Shown: positions 39,300 through 54,044, counted from the first letter of the stretch. The stretch is DNA of 64,000 nt from Octopus vulgaris (GCA_951406725.2 OX597821.1:33108001-33172000), one strand, 5' to 3'. Translations and numbers: made by a program. The notes: generated by a model not told the origin, from the sequence alone.

Positions 39300-39722
39300 T
39301 CCCTGGAACCAATTCTACTATATGGCTCAGAAACCTGCACATTGTCAAAGAAGCTTAAGAGGCGGTTGGATGAAACCTTCACTCGCCTCCTTATGAGAGC
39401 TCAAAATCTCTCGTGGAAGCGTCATCCAACCAAAATGCAAATATATGGGAAACTACTACCTGTGTCATCTCTTGTGAAAGGTAGGAGAGTCCAGTTTGGT
39501 GGACATTGTTGTAGAGCTGAAAACGAGGAAATTTTTATTCTTCTTGTCTGGAAGCCATCTACTCACGATACCAGAGGGCGCACACTCTCCTACCCTGATG
39601 TAATCTCCAGGGATACAGTCATCCAGCAACAGGACCTCCGTAATGCTATGATGGACTGTGAAGTCTGGCGTAGCATGGTAAATTCCATTGTCTCGACCAC
39701 AGTCGAACAATGATAATGATGA
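39300..39722 (+). mobile_element. RTE-like LINE 3' fragment (second copy)
   Basis: Near-identical to 30870-31275. Confidence 0.8.
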
Positions 39723-40769
39723 TCTCCCTGGATAGGGTACCAGTCTCTCCCAAGTAACATTCCCATAGCAGAAAATAAATTCAGTACGGGAAGTCAATGA
39801 GATGTTAGTCAATTTTACAATTTAGTCTCTGCTCTGTGATGAAATAAACAAACTCGTTATGCATGCTTAAAGTTTTAAAGACAAGACAGTCAAAAATTAA
39901 GTGTTCTAGCTGTAGTGTGATGGAGGAAAAGGACAACAGAAAAAGAAGCAACGGGAGAAAGAAATACAAAAGGCCTTACCTCGGCGAAATCAGCAGTCTC
40001 TCACAAATTCAACATTTCCTGTCGCTTTACCGTCTATGCTGGAACTGACCACGCTTCCTCACTGACCACACGTGCTTCCTGCCACGCATGCGCCCTTCAC
40101 TCTTCCGCCAGCCGCTGCAAGCCCTACTTCTGCCCACCTCATCTGTCATCCTCTCCACCAACACCACATAGCTCATCACGGCCCATAACACCGACCGCCA
40201 ATACCACACTAGCCATGAATGTAACATGGTGTGTATTAGTTGTCTGGGACCATTCTATCAATTCAAATATACTCTGCTTGCATATATGTACCATAGACAA
40301 ACTGCCAGGCTTTCAATCTTAATGTAAATTGCTCTTGTATACTTAGTTTATGAACTAGATTTTTCTTTTGTTTTTTTTCTTGTATTCTTACTCTAAACCA
40401 GTGGTTCCCAAACTTTTTGAGCTGCCATCCCCTTGGCAACTGGGCCACATTCCTAGTGCTTCCCCACTCCCACTCATCACCACAAACATAGATCACTTTC
40501 TGCAGCAAATTCAAAACAACTGCATTTCAAAAATAAAGCTTAACCTAATTAACCCATTGCTTTGTTTTTACATCCATTGCCCCCTTTTACCCACCCCATT
40601 ATTGACCCCAGAGCATTAAGCTGCAGTCATGATGTCAGCATTTTGACACTCAGCATGAATCATCATGACACTGATGGCTTGCAGTCCTCCATGTCATCTC
40701 ACTTTTTCTTAATTACAAATTTAAATCAAAATCGAAATCGATCAACATCAATGGAAATTGTAGCTGTGA

Positions 40770-41110
40770 TACCAGTGCCGGTGGCACGTAAGCGAACCAT
40801 CCAAACATGGCCGTTGCCAGCGCCGCCCCGACGGGCCTCCGTGCCGGTGGCACGTAAAATGCAGCATCTGATCGTGGCCGTGCCAGCCTCAACTGGCCCC
40901 CGTGCCGGTGGCACATAAAAAGTACCATCCGATTGTGGCCATTTGGCAGCCTCGCCTGGCCCCCGTGCCGGTGGCACGTAAAAAGTACCATCCGATCGTG
41001 GCTGTTGCCAGCCTCGCCTGGCCCCCGTGCCGGTGGCACGTAAAAAGCACCATCTGATCGTGACCGTTGCCAGCCTCGCCTGGCCCCATCCCGTGCCGTG
41101 GCACGTAAAA
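40770..41110 (+). repeat. ~60-bp tandem array within a dispersed repeat (inverted relatives at ~41600-41700, 42540-42760, 50570-50850)
   Basis: Repeated GTGCCGGTGGCACGTAAAAAGCACCATCCGATCGTGGCC... unit. Confidence 0.8.
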
Positions 41111-44100
41111 ACCACCCACTACACTCACAGAGTGGTTGGCATTAGGAAGGGCATCCAGCTGTAGAAACATTGCCAGATAAGACTGGGCCTGGTGCAGCCT
41201 TCCCCAGTTAAACCGTCCGACCCATGCTAGCATGGAAAGCGGACGCTAAGTGATGATGATGATGATGATGACTTTCCAACACTTGTTGACTGTTCACCAA
41301 AAACATCAAGCTGTTTCTGAAAAACAGAAACGTAAAAAAAAAATCATCAAATTTAGCCTACCCTGTAGACTTAATAAAAGGATGGACTTCAGGAGGGAAT
41401 AAAGTGTAATAGTGTTGCAGTTTAATTGAGAGATGAGATTAATATGCTGCTGTGAGGAAGAGAACTAGTAATGGCAAAAGTTGAAATTTATATGAAAAAG
41501 AAGCCTACAAGGAGGTGTAGCTTGGTAGAGAGCTGATTGTAAAAGAAGAATTGAACTTGATAGAGGACTTCAAATGGAAATTGTAGTTGTGATACCTGTG
41601 CCGGTGGCACATAAAAAGCACCATCCGAACGTGGCCGATGCCAGCACCGCCTTGACTGGCTTCTGTGCTGGTGGCACGTAAAAAGCACCCACTACACTCA
41701 CGGTTGTCAAGTGATGTTGGTGGGGACAAACAGTCACACAAACATACACACACATATACATACATATATATATATATACACATATATGCAATGGGCTTTT
41801 TCAGTTTCCGTCTACCAAATCCACTCACAAGGCTTTGGTCGGCCCGAGGCTACAGTAGGAGACACTTGCCCAAGGTGCCATGCAGTGGGACTCAACCCGG
41901 AACCATATGGTTGGTAAGCAAGCTACTTACCACACAGCCATTCCTGTGCTTTGTTGATCTTTAAAATGAGACAACTGCAAAAATAGTTCTTAGCTAAGAA
42001 TAAAATTCTCAGATTAATATTTACTGGTCTGGAGAAGACATTTGACAAAGCACCATATATTATCTTACTTGAAAACAGGCGAGGTTGGTGACAGGAAGGG
42101 TTTCTGGGCATAGAAAATCTGCCTCAGCTTATTCCATCTGACACATGTAGGCATAGAAAAATGGATATTAAAACAAGAAAAACAAAGCACATGTTAACTA
42201 AGAGACTGTTTATTGATCTACTATAACATACAAAAGACAATATACTGCAGCTGTTTTCTTTGTATAAATGATTTATTTATTTTTACGATAATTATACTGA
42301 TCTTTGATGTAGCACGATTTCTGTATAAAGTTAAACATTTTCAAGTAATCTATAAAGCAACATGTTTCAATAATCCTCATCATCATCGTTTAATGTCCGT
42401 TTTCCGTACTAGCATGGGTTGGACGGTTCGACCGGGGTCTGGGAAGCCACGAGGCTGCACCAGGCTCCAGTCTGATCTGGCAGTGTTTCTACAGCTGGAT
42501 GCGCCTCCTAACGCCAACCACTCCGTGAGTGTAGTGGGTGCTTTTTACGTGCCACCAGCACAGGTGCCAGACAAGGCTCCTAACGGCCACGATCGGATGG
42601 TGCTTTTTATGTGCCACCAGCATGGAGGCCAGACGAGGCTGGCAACAGCCACAATCGGATGGTGCTTTTTACGTGCCACCGGAATGGAGGCCAGTCGGGG
42701 CGGCGCTGGCAATGGCCACATTCGGATGGTTCACTTACGTGCCACCGGCACTGGTATCACAGCTCCAATTTCCATTGATGTTGATCGATTTCGATTTTCA
42801 TTTGCCTCAACAGGTCTTCACAAGTAGAGTTTTGTGTCCCAAGAAGGAAAGGTATGCATAAGCAGACTGGCTACACCCCAGGTAGAGGCCACAGGTTATA
42901 GTCTCACTTGTCCTGCCGGGTCTTCCCTGATGTGAATGAAATTTGTTTGGTTTGCATGTTCACTTGATTGAGATCTGAGCAAGTGTCTGGTTGTTTCCTG
43001 AAGTTTGTGTTGAAGATGTCTATCCATTTCCTTTACAGAATTCCTAAAGTCTTGATCCTTAGGAGCAGGTGTGGCTGTGTGGTAAGAAGCTTGCTTCCCA
43101 ACCACATGGTTCCAGGTTCAGTCTCACAGTGTGGCCCTTGGGCAAGTGTCTTCTGATATACCATCAGCCCGACCAAAGCTTTGTAAGTGGATTTGTCAGA
43201 CGGAAACTGAAAGAATTCCATCATATGTGTGTCTGTGTTTGCCACCAGTGTTGGTGTGTTTATGTCCTTAACAGTCCAGTAACAGAGATCAATAGAAAAA
43301 GTACCAGGCTTTAAAAAATAGTACCGGGGGTCGATTCATTTGAAGAAAATTTCTTCAAGGCGGTGCCTTAGAATAGCCGTAGTTGAAACAATTAAAATGA
43401 CTGAAACAAAATATTTTTCCTCATTCCTAGCAGACACAACTACACTGGTCACAGGACAAAGACTGATCAGACACAGGCATACATATACGTGTGTGTGTGT
43501 GTGTGTGTGTGTGTGATGCTAAAATGGTAAATACTATCAGCCACACACATACACACACTAAAACACATTCCCAAACATAACATGATTGTAAGAGCAAGCA
43601 AATACAAAGCATAAATATAAACATAAATAACACAACTGAAAAGCAATATCAAAACAGTCCACTCTAAATTTGAAACAAGAACTATGGAAATATCTGTCAA
43701 AACATGAAGGAAGTTACAATGGAAATAACAACAGCAGTTGCATCATTCAAACAAAGCTATATCAGCCGTAATATATTTTTTATTGATTAGTTAAGATCAA
43801 TATAATTTATCTTAAAGTTTTAACACAAAAGTCATTAATGTAAATAAAGCAACAGCTGGAGTAAGCTGTCATATGTATACGTGTGTGTGAATATATATAT
43901 ATATATATAATCACAATTTAAGTTAGTTGAAGTATGCTTGTCACATATGTCAACTGCTGAAGGCAAATATACTGCAGTTACCAAGTTACCATGGAGAAAA
44001 ATTCTCTCTTATGGTAAAAAAAAGGTGTGAAAACACCGCCATTTGGTCAGTGTTGCCCAGTCTTTGGAATCTGTGACATCGATGCTTTGAGTATGTTGAC

Positions 44101-44689
44101 TCTTGTCGATCAGATGTACCTGAGAGGGTGTCTTTATTATGATAATCAAGGGGGTTGCAGTCTAGGGAGTTATGGTGATGTGGTCGCAGAAATTGTCTGA
44201 CAGGCATAACTGGGTTCTCCTGCTTGTGTGGTATGATGCGTACTGCTTCTGTAACCTGTCAGAGTGACAGATCTTGCATACATGTGTGTGACATGTGGGC
44301 AGAATTTTTATTTCAATATTGTTCATTGCTTCATTATGTTTCTGTAAGGCATGTTGGTAGAATATGGATACAGAAGAAATACACGATAAAGCTTCAACTG
44401 TTGTTCTGTCTTCACTTTTGTAGTTCACCTTTGTATCTCATTGTGCATTGTTTTGGCTTTAACAAGTTCCATCAACTGAACTACTTCATTCTAATATTTT
44501 TAGATATTTTCAATGATTTATGAAATTCATTTTTGGCGATGCTGCTGCAATGTACTAAGATATCTGGAACCGCTTTCAGTGAAAGACGGCTCAACTAATT
44601 GGTTCTCAATTATAAATAGATGTGTTCCATTCTCCTGCCCACAAATATCCTGTCTCCTCAATTGCTTTTCTGGTGGTCAATGCAGAAAC

Positions 44690-45060
44690 TAGGGATAGAG
44701 TGGTTAGGGAGAAGTTTCAGGTGTGGAAGCAAGGTCTAGAATTGAAGGGCCTTAGAGTCAATCTAGCAAAAACCAAAATCTTAATAACTAGGAAGGTAGA
44801 CAAATCACAAATCCCTTCAGGTAGATGGCTTTCTCCATATCAATGAAACCCAGGTACACAGGTTTATCTTTGGCTAGGTATTTCTCCTGCAGTTGTCTTA
44901 CCAGAAATCAGTTGTGCTTTCCTCTGGCACAAACCCAAACTGCATCCCATCTAAACTAACTCTCTCCCTAATTAGTTGGGCTATGACCCTCTCTGTGAGC
45001 TTCATTACCTGATCCAGCAACTTGATACATCTGTAATTATTCGTACCTAATGCATCACCT
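44690..45060. mobile_element. Two short RTE-type RT fragments in opposite orientations
   Basis: + strand WKQGLELKGLRVNLAKTK; - strand NYRCIKLLDQVMKLTERVI...MQFGFVP. Confidence 0.65.
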
Positions 45061-46593
45061 ATGTGTGTGTGTGTGTGTATGTATATATGAGAAGGTGGCG
45101 AGCTGGCAGAAACGTTAGCATGCCAGGCGAAATGCGTAGCTGTATTTCGTCTGTCTTTACATTCTGAGTTCAAATTTCACCGAGGTCGACTTTGCCTTTC
45201 ATCCTTTCAGATAAATAAAGTACCAGTTTCGCATTGGGGTCGATGTAATCGACTTAATCCCTTTGTCTGTCCTTGTTTGTCCCCTCTATGTTTAGCCACT
45301 TGTGGGCAATAAAGAAATATATATATATGTATGTATGTATATAAAACACCCAATCTTCCATGCTCACATGGATCAGATTTAGAGTTTATAGTATAATCAG
45401 GCAAAGGAGGTAATTCCCATTCCTTCAACAGGATATTAGGCATCAGTTTACAACTGCTGAAAATTTCAGATTTAGAGTCCTGCAGTGAGTTAGAGATCTT
45501 AGATCTGAGCTCTTTCAGCTAACCATAGCTTACATTTTTTTTGTTTTTGCATCTGTTAATATAAGGTGTGAATTTTTCAATTACTTTCCACTTTATTTTA
45601 TGTGGTATTGCATTAGATTTCAAACCCCATATGTGGCTAACCAACTTAGTAGCTTTGAGAAGTTCCTCTTCTACCATAAATTCTAAGTCACTATTTTCCT
45701 AGCATTATAATTTACGGTCTAAGGGAGATCCCCCCCCACCTTTTACTTCTTTATAATAACTTTTTGTTGTTTTCTGCTTTTTTTAACCTTCCAATTTTTC
45801 TATATACTTCCATCTCATCTTTTCTCATTTCTTCTCTCATTTAATTTTTAGTTCATTATGCCATGTGGGTTATGTTTGATGACTGTGCTGAGATGTCAGA
45901 CATGTGATAAAACATTGTTTGGCATGTTTTCAGCACAAGAAACTATTAGTAGAACATAAAAACACATATTGTGTCTGTTAAATAATATTTATTTCTCACC
46001 AGATGCAGTACTTTTTTGTTGATCTTACCATCACAGAGCAGTACATTATGTGTGTGTGTGTGTGTGAACATACACACTCACACACACACATATATTGCAT
46101 ATGTATATGTACCATAAATCCTCGAGCATAATCCACATTTTTTTCCAAAAATTTAAAGGTCAAAATCCCTAGTGTGTACTATATACGAGGTTAAAAACAA
46201 AAAATATTTTCTAAGCAATGTCCGAGTCTATTTGCTGTCCGGCAATGTTTATTCAGACGCATTTTGTGATGTCGGGCGTGAAAATACCTTAAGCTACGCC
46301 TGAAAGAAATGAAATCATAATAGAATCATCCATAACTTGCAGAACACAGAATAACATATAACAAAAACAATTTGCAAACATATTTACATTTCCATATAAC
46401 AGTTAAGAACATCACCATTATTGTATTATGCATGCACAGAAATGTTTGTTCAACTAGATGCTGCTAGCTTAATTGTGTACAACACAAGTTAGAGGAGTGC
46501 ATATTATACACAAGGTTTAGGTTTTTCAGAGGTACAGCCCCCTAAAAATCCTTTACATATATACATATATGTATATACATATATATATATATA

Positions 46594-47030
46594 TATATTA
46601 ATAAAAGGAATTCCAACTTTGTCTGATTTTCACGTTTTATTTACAATCTTATAATGATATATTATAAGATAATATATTATAATAGAATAAAATAAAATAG
46701 TAGAATGTTAAATATTCATTCTGATTGAACTAGTACTTTCATGCATTAAATTCTGCAATCTTCTGGTTCATGTAGTAGTGGTGACAGTCATGCTTCACAA
46801 TTTTTGACTGTGGATTATAAAATTGTGAAGCATGACTGTCACCACTACTACATGAACCTGAAGATTGCAGAATTTAATGCATGAAAGTACTAGTTCAATC
46901 AGAATGAATATTTAACATTCTACTATATTATTTTATTCTATTATAATATATTATCTTATAATATATCATTATAAGATTGTAAATAAAACGTGAAAATCAG
47001 ACAAGGTTGGAATTCCTTTTATTAATATAT
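46594..47030. repeat. Near-perfect palindrome, ~210-bp arms
   Basis: Centre ~46810; arms differ at only a few positions. Confidence 0.92.
46853..46897 (+). ncRNA. Putative minimal type I hammerhead ribozyme
   Basis: ugaac-CUGAAGA-u-ugca[gaauuuaa]ugca-u-GAAA-GUAC-UA-guuca; palindromic GUAC in stem III. Confidence 0.65.
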
Positions 47031-47054
47031 TCTTCTCTACACAATCACACACAC

Positions 47055-47057
<3 letters not shown>

Positions 47058-47093
<36 letters not shown>

Positions 47094-47396
47094 TATATAT
47101 ATATATACACATATATATACACATATATATATATACACATATATATACACATATATATATACACATATATATATACACATATATATATATATACACATAT
47201 ATATATATATATACACATATATATATATATACACACACATATATATATACACACATATATATATACACACACATATATATATACACACATATATATATAC
47301 ACACATATATATATACACACACATATATATATACATATATATATATACACACACATATATATATATACACATATATATATACACATATATATATAC

Positions 47397-47452
<56 letters not shown>
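47058..47452. repeat. Compound (TA)n/(CA)n microsatellite; many similar tracts throughout, e.g. 22089-22465, 28792-28915
   Basis: Direct inspection. Confidence 0.95.
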
Positions 47453-47453
<1 letters not shown>

Positions 47454-47549
47454 GATATTATTTTCTGTATTCTTTATCTTCAGACTACTGACATGTCTGA
47501 AAATTGTCCAGAAAAATCTAATGCCTTTTTCTTTTCTTTTTTTCCTAAG

Positions 47550-47648
47550 GAGGAGCCATATGATGCATATATTCTGATTATGGTTGATCCAGATGCCAAT
47601 TTAGATCCCCGTTTATACTGGTTGCATTGGTTGAAAACAGAAATTTCT
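47550..47648 (+). CDS. Gene B exon 2 (DPDA / HW motifs)
   Basis: tttcctaag|[33 protein letters not shown]|gtaagt; 99 nt. Confidence 0.92.
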
Positions 47649-49071
47649 GTAAGTAATAATCCTTTCTACTAGAGACACAAGTCCTGAAATTTCAGGGGAA
47701 GGGGCAAGTTGATTACATTGACTCCGGTGCTCAACTGGTACTTGTTTCATCAAACCCGAAAAGATGAAAGGCAAAGTCAACCTCTGCTGAATTTGAACTC
47801 AGGACATATCATCATCATCATCATCATCATTTAACATCCATTTTCCATGCTAGCATGAGTTGGGCAGTTCGACTGGGGTCTGGTAAGCCATGGAGGCTGC
47901 ACCAGGCTCTAGTCTGATATGTATATATAATAATAATGAACTTATTATATACAGTGCTCTGGTGTACTACAACCCATCAGAAGCAGTAACCAAAACTGCA
48001 TGAACAGTAACAAAGAATATGTAAAGGAAGTGAACGGTGAATAAATCTATTCTATGGGGACATAAACACACCAACACTGGTTGTCAAATGGTGCTGAGAA
48101 ACAGACAGACACAGAGACACTGGGCTTCTTTCAATTTCATAAAATAAGCATCAGTTGACTACTGGGATTTCTGGCCTTGTGCCAAAATTTGAAACCAATA
48201 TTAGATGTAGTTTAAAAGGTATTCTCTCCTTGCTGCATGCTCAGGGGTTACAAATATAATGCAGTTTGCCATGCCACAGTCTAAGGATCTTTGTTCCTCA
48301 CTAGCTTTGATAGACCCTCAGTTTCATCTTGTGTTTCTCTGCCAATTACATCAATGTTGTTGAGTAGTTTACATTTTCTATCGAGCTGCAGAAATCACCA
48401 GAATATCCTTTCTGCTATAGGCACAAAGCCTGAAAATTTGAGGGGAGGGCTAGTCAATTACATCGACCCGTGCTCAACTGTTATTTATTTTTATTGTCTC
48501 TGAAAGGATGAGAGGCAAGGTCAATCTCAGTGACATTTGAAATCAGAACATAAAGCTAGAAAAAATGCTGCTAAGCATTTTGTCCGATGCTGCAATGATC
48601 CTACCTGTTCACTGCTTTTAATCATTCTTTCAAATTTTAGCACAAGATCAGCAACATTTTGAGAAGAATCAAATTGATTATATCAATCCTAGTGTTCAAC
48701 TGATACTTATTTTATCAACCCCAAAAGGATGAAAAGCAAAGTCACCTTCGGTGGAATCTGAACTCAGAATCTAAAGCTGGAAGAAATGCTGCTAAACATT
48801 TCAGCCAACATACTAACAATTCTACCAGCATGCTTCTACTGGAAGTCTCCAAAATATAACATCCGATATGGCCTGGTGTTCAGTGCAATGGTAGTGGCCA
48901 GCAAAACCTACCCAGAACTGCACAGGAAAAGCAGAAATGAATGGAGTGTGTCTGTTAATCTCCTCTTTTATCTTAAGCTCACATAATATGTTTTTAGCCC
49001 TCATGCAAAACTCGATATATGTATCATCAAAGCTATCTTGCAGTTCTTTTTGTCATCAGCCATAATAACAG

Positions 49072-49455
49072 GAGGCGCAATGGCCCAGTGGTTAGGGCAG
49101 CGGACTCGCGGTCATAGGATCGCGGTTTCGATTCCCAGACCGGGCGTTGTGAGTGTTTATTGAGCGAAAACACCTAAAGCTCCACGAGGCTCCGGCAGGG
49201 GATGGTGGTGATCCCTGCTGTAGTCTTTCACCACAACTTTCTCTCACTCTTACTTCCTGTTTCTGTTGTACCTGTATTTCAAAGGGCCGGCCTTGTCACT
49301 CTCTGTGTCACGCTGAATATCCCCGAGAACTACGTTAAGGGTACACGTGTCTGTGGAGTGCTCAGCCACTTACACGTTAATTTCAGGAGCAGGTTGTTCC
49401 GTTGATTCGGATCAACCGGAACCCTCGTCGTCGTAACCGACGGAGTGCTTCCATC
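49072..49455 (+). mobile_element. tRNA-derived SINE family 3 (related copies 26640-26936(-), 53465-53760)
   Basis: TGGCCCAGTGG A box and GGTTTCGATTCC B box, followed by a shared body. Confidence 0.75.
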
Positions 49456-49533
49456 CAATAACAGGCTGTTAAAGAAGTTTACTTTTGTATGGGGGATAAT
49501 TTTGATTCTTCCTACCACAGCTGAGGCATTTAA

Positions 49534-50146
49534 CTCTTTAGCATTTAAACTGGCCATGTCCAGACCAAATATTATACCTGTTTCATGTTCAAACTGGCCA
49601 AATCTGACCTTTTACATCTACACAACAATGTCATACTAAAAATAAACAATCACATCACAGAAATCTTGAAGCAATGAGGTAATGCACGATGAATTCAAAA
49701 CAATGTGAATGAGTGGCTGTGTGGTAAGTAGCTTACTTACCAGCCACATGGTTCCGGGTTCATTCCCACTGCATGGCATCATGGGCAAGTGTCTTCTACT
49801 ATAGCCTCGAGCCGACCAAAGCCTCGTGAGTGGATTTGGTAGACGGAAACTGAAAGAAGCCTGTCTTGTATATGTATATATATATATTGTTTGTGTGTGT
49901 CCCCCCAACATTGCTTGACAACCGATGGTGGTGTGTTTACGTCCACATAACTTAGCGGTTCGGCTAAAGAAACCGATAGTATAAGTACTAGGCTTCCAAA
50001 GAATATGTCCTGGGGTCGATCTGCTCGACTAAAGGTGGTGCTCCAGTATAGCCACAGTCAAATGACTGAAACAAGTAAAAAAGTAAAAGAGTAAAGAGAG
50101 AATAAATAAGCATTACATTTCATAAAGTAATCTTAATGCTAAAGGG
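49534..50146. mobile_element. piggyBac-type MITE with a nested SINE (~49710-50098)
   Basis: TTAA|CTCTTTAGCATT ... AATGCTAAAGGG|TTAA. Confidence 0.7.
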
Positions 50147-51020
50147 TTAAACAGGTATTGTTCCCCAAAAGTCTTTGAACAGATTGCAGACCTCTTTCAG
50201 AAGGTCTAGTACAACCCAGGTCATAATTCAGTTAATGGCGAAATTCTCAGATTGTTCTTTGCTATTTAGAATAGATCATCTTCGGAATATCTAGCAATTT
50301 ATCATCATTGAACATTTCTTTGGAATTTTGTTTTCTTAGCAAGTAACAAGCCAGGTGTGTCGCAATCTATAAACATAGAGAAAGAATCATCATCATCATC
50401 ATCATCATCGTTTAATGTCCATTTTCCATGCTAGCATGGATTGGACGATTTGACTGAGGTCTTGCAAACTAGATGGCTGCACCAGACTCCAATCTGATCT
50501 GGCAGAGTTTCTACAGCTGGATGCCCTTCCTAACGCCAACCACTCCGAGAGTGTAGTGGGTGCTTTTACGCGCCACTGGCATGAAGGCCAGTCAAGCGGT
50601 ACTGGCAATGGCCATGCTCAAATGGTGCTTTTTATGTGCCACCTGCACAGGAGCCAGTCCAGTGGCACTGGCAACGACCTTGCTCGAATGTTTTTTCACA
50701 TGCCACCAGCACAAGTGCCAGTAAGGTGACACAGGTAACAATCATGCTCGAATGGTGTTTTTTACATGCCATCGGCACAGAGGCCAGCTTGTTGCTCTGG
50801 CAATGATCACGCTCGTATGGTACTCTTAGTGCTCCACTAGCACGGATGCCAGTCATCTATTAGTCATAATAATACAAAACATATGAATGTTTTCATTTTA
50901 TCATAAAATCTTGTTTTGCATGCCTGTGCATTTGTATGCATTGTGTGTACGTTATAGATATGCATGAATTCAAAATTATATATAAATAATTTAACTTGTT
51001 TTTTGTTGATTTTTTTCCAG

Positions 51021-51069
51021 TATGATGCTGTGAAAAATGGCATTCATGCAGAGCCTTCTGACGAAGTGG
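51021..51069 (+). CDS. Gene B exon 3 (49 nt)
   Basis: ttttttccag|YDAVKNGIHAEPSDEV+G|gtatgt. Supplies the phase-1 junction that exon 4 needs. Confidence 0.75.
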
Positions 51070-51381
51070 GTATGTAATGTTTTTAATCTTACTCACCATG
51101 TGTGTGTGTACACACACACACTGCCCCTTCCTACTTCCCATCCAACCACACGACTGATTTCCTGTCCACAACATGGTTGATTTCCTGCTCACCATGCAGT
51201 GTTTTCCAACTAATCATTGTCACTGAAATACCAACATCAGACTGTGGCACCGCATGTCCTTTCTTGACCAATCACAGCCCACCTTCCAGTAATAACTATT
51301 GACTTTCTCCAACTGATTTCTTTCAAATTACCAGTAGCTGAAACTCGGAGTACCAAGGAATTTGAATCAAATTGTTTTGAT

Positions 51382-51438
<57 letters not shown>

Positions 51439-54044
51439 TACACACACACACACATACATATATCTCTTTTACTTGTTTCAGTCATTTGACTGCAGCCATG
51501 CTGGAGCACCGCCTTTAGTCGAGCAAATCGACCCCGGAACTTATTCTTTGTAAGCCCAGTACTTATTCTATCGGTCTCTTTTGAGATATATATGTACACA
51601 CATATATACGATGGGCTTCTTTGAGTTTCCGTCTACCAAATCCACTCACAAGGCTTTGGTCGGCCCGAGGCTATAGTGGAAGACACTTGCCCAGTATGCC
51701 ACGCAGTGGAACTGAACCCGGAGCCATGTGGCTGGTAAGCAAGCTACTTACCACACAGCCACTCCTGCGCCTATATATATATATATATATATCATCATCA
51801 TCATCATTTAACAGCCACTTTCCATGCTAGGAGCTTCGATGGTTTGACTGGGACTAGTTAACTAGAGAACTGTATCAGTCTGGTTTGGCTTGGTTTCTAC
51901 AGCTGGATGCCCTTCGTAACACCAACTACACCACAGAGTGCAATGAGTGCCTTTTATGTGTCACTGGTACTGACCACAATGCCAAGGGTCTTCATCACTT
52001 CTCATCACCTCCATGAGACTCAACAGCTGAAGGTAAAGCTTCACCACCTCATCCCATATCTTCCCGAGTTTATCTCATCTACTGGTTCCCTCCACAGGGA
52101 ATGTTTATTATCTAAGGGAAAAGGCTGATGTAACTTGGCACCAGTACCATCATAGGCTTTGCAATCAGAACACTGAACCAAGACAGATACAGCAAAGCAT
52201 CTCTCCCAATCTCTTAACACCATACCAGAATAGTACTTTTTTATTGACCCCAAATGGATAAAAGGTAAAGTTGGTCTCAGCAGAATTTGAACTGGCAGAG
52301 CCATTAGCATGCTATACAAAATGTTTTGCAGCATTTCGTCTGTCTTTATGTTTTGAGTTCAAATTCTGCTGAGACCAACTTTACATTTGAAGAGCTTGAA
52401 CAAGTGTTCCAGCTCTTAAGTTCTGAGTTCAAATCTAACAGATGTCAACTTCACCTTTTGTCCCTCTAGGGTAAGTAAAATAAAGCACTAGTGTCAAAGG
52501 GATTGACAAATCCCCTCCCTTAAATTTCAGGCCTTGTGCTATGATAGAACAGATAATTATTGTGATTAAGGCAAGCTGGTAGAATCATTACTGGACCAGA
52601 CAAAATGCTTAGCAGCATTTTGTCTGGCCTTACATTCTGAGTTCAAATCTTGCCAAGGTCAATTTTGTCGTTCATTTTTCAGGGTCAGTAGAATAAGTAC
52701 CAGTTGAGCAGTGGGGTTGATGTAACGAACTAACCCCTTCCTCAAAAGATTTCATGCCTTGTGCCTATAGTAGAGAGGATTATGACTGTTATTATTATTA
52801 TCATTATGAAGGCGGCCATCTGGTAAAATTGTTAGCACGCCAGGTGAAATGCTTAGTGGTATTTCATTCTTAGTCCAAATTCCACTGAGGTCAACTTCAC
52901 CTTTCATCCTTTTGGGGTCAATAAATTAAGTACCAGTTGCATACTGGGGTCAATCTAATCGACAAGCCCCCTCCCCCAAAATTTCAAGCCTTGTGCCTAG
53001 AGTAGAAAGAATTATTATTATTATTATTATTATTATCATTATTATAACGGCAGCGAGCTGGAAGAATCATTAGCAAGCCAGGCGAAATGCTTATTGGCAT
53101 TTTATCCATCTTCACATTCTGAGTTCAAATTCCACCAAGGTCAACTTTGCCTTTCATCCTTTAGGGGTTAATAAAATATGTACCAGATGAACACTGCGGT
53201 GAATGCCCTGCCTCCCTTGAATTTCAGCTCTTGTGCCCATAGTAGAAAGGATTGTTATTATTACTACAGTAGTGAGTTAGTAGAACCATTAGCATGCTAG
53301 ACAAAATGATTAGCAGCACTTTGTCCTTCTTTACATTCTGAGTTCAAATTCTGCTGAGGTCAGCTTTTCTTTTCATACTTTTAGAATCAATAAAACAATT
53401 ACCCATTGAATGCTGGGGTCAATGTAACCACCAAGCCTACTCCACCAGTTTCCTCATGCCTATAGTAGTGGTTAGAGCAGCGGACTGACGGTCAAGAGAT
53501 CGCGGGTCCGAATCTCAGACCGGGCAATGTGTGTGTTTATGAGCGAAAACACCTAAGCTCCACGCGGCTCCAGCAGAAGGTAATGGCGAACTTCTGCTGA
53601 GTCTTTCGCCACAACTTTCTCTCACTCTTTCCTCCTGCATCTTGCAGCTCACCTGCGACGGACCGGCGTCCCGTCCAGGTGGGAAACCTATGTGCCAAGA
53701 AACCGGGAAACCGGCCCTTATGAGCCAGGCATGGCTCGAGAAGGAACAAACAAACAAACAAAAGAATCGTCATAATGCACCCATGCTGGTGACATGTAAA
53801 AAGCACTCAGCACACTCTGTTAAGTGGTTGGCATTAAGAAGGACATACAGCTGTACAAACCATGCCACAACAGACAGTTGGAGTCTGGTCAGCTCCCTGC
53901 AAGCCAGCTCCATATCAAACCGTCCTACTCATGCCAGCATGGAAAGAAGCAAACATGATGATGGGGATTATTAATATTTCATTGTACAATATGGTTATAA
54001 CATACTGGATTTCTGTTTCATTCTTTTTTCAAAATAACTATTAA

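Noticed and set aside
46969-47500. Long YI/CV/HT-rich ORFs, here and at 21.2-22.4, 25.4-26.3 and 28.7-29.9 kb
   Set aside because: Translations of (TA)n, (CA)n and (TATG)n microsatellites. Only the 47550-47648 part of ORF 47007-47672 is a real exon.
49072-49145. tRNA gene (also ~59080-59150)
   Set aside because: tRNA-like heads continue into dispersed SINE bodies with no proper acceptor stem or terminator.
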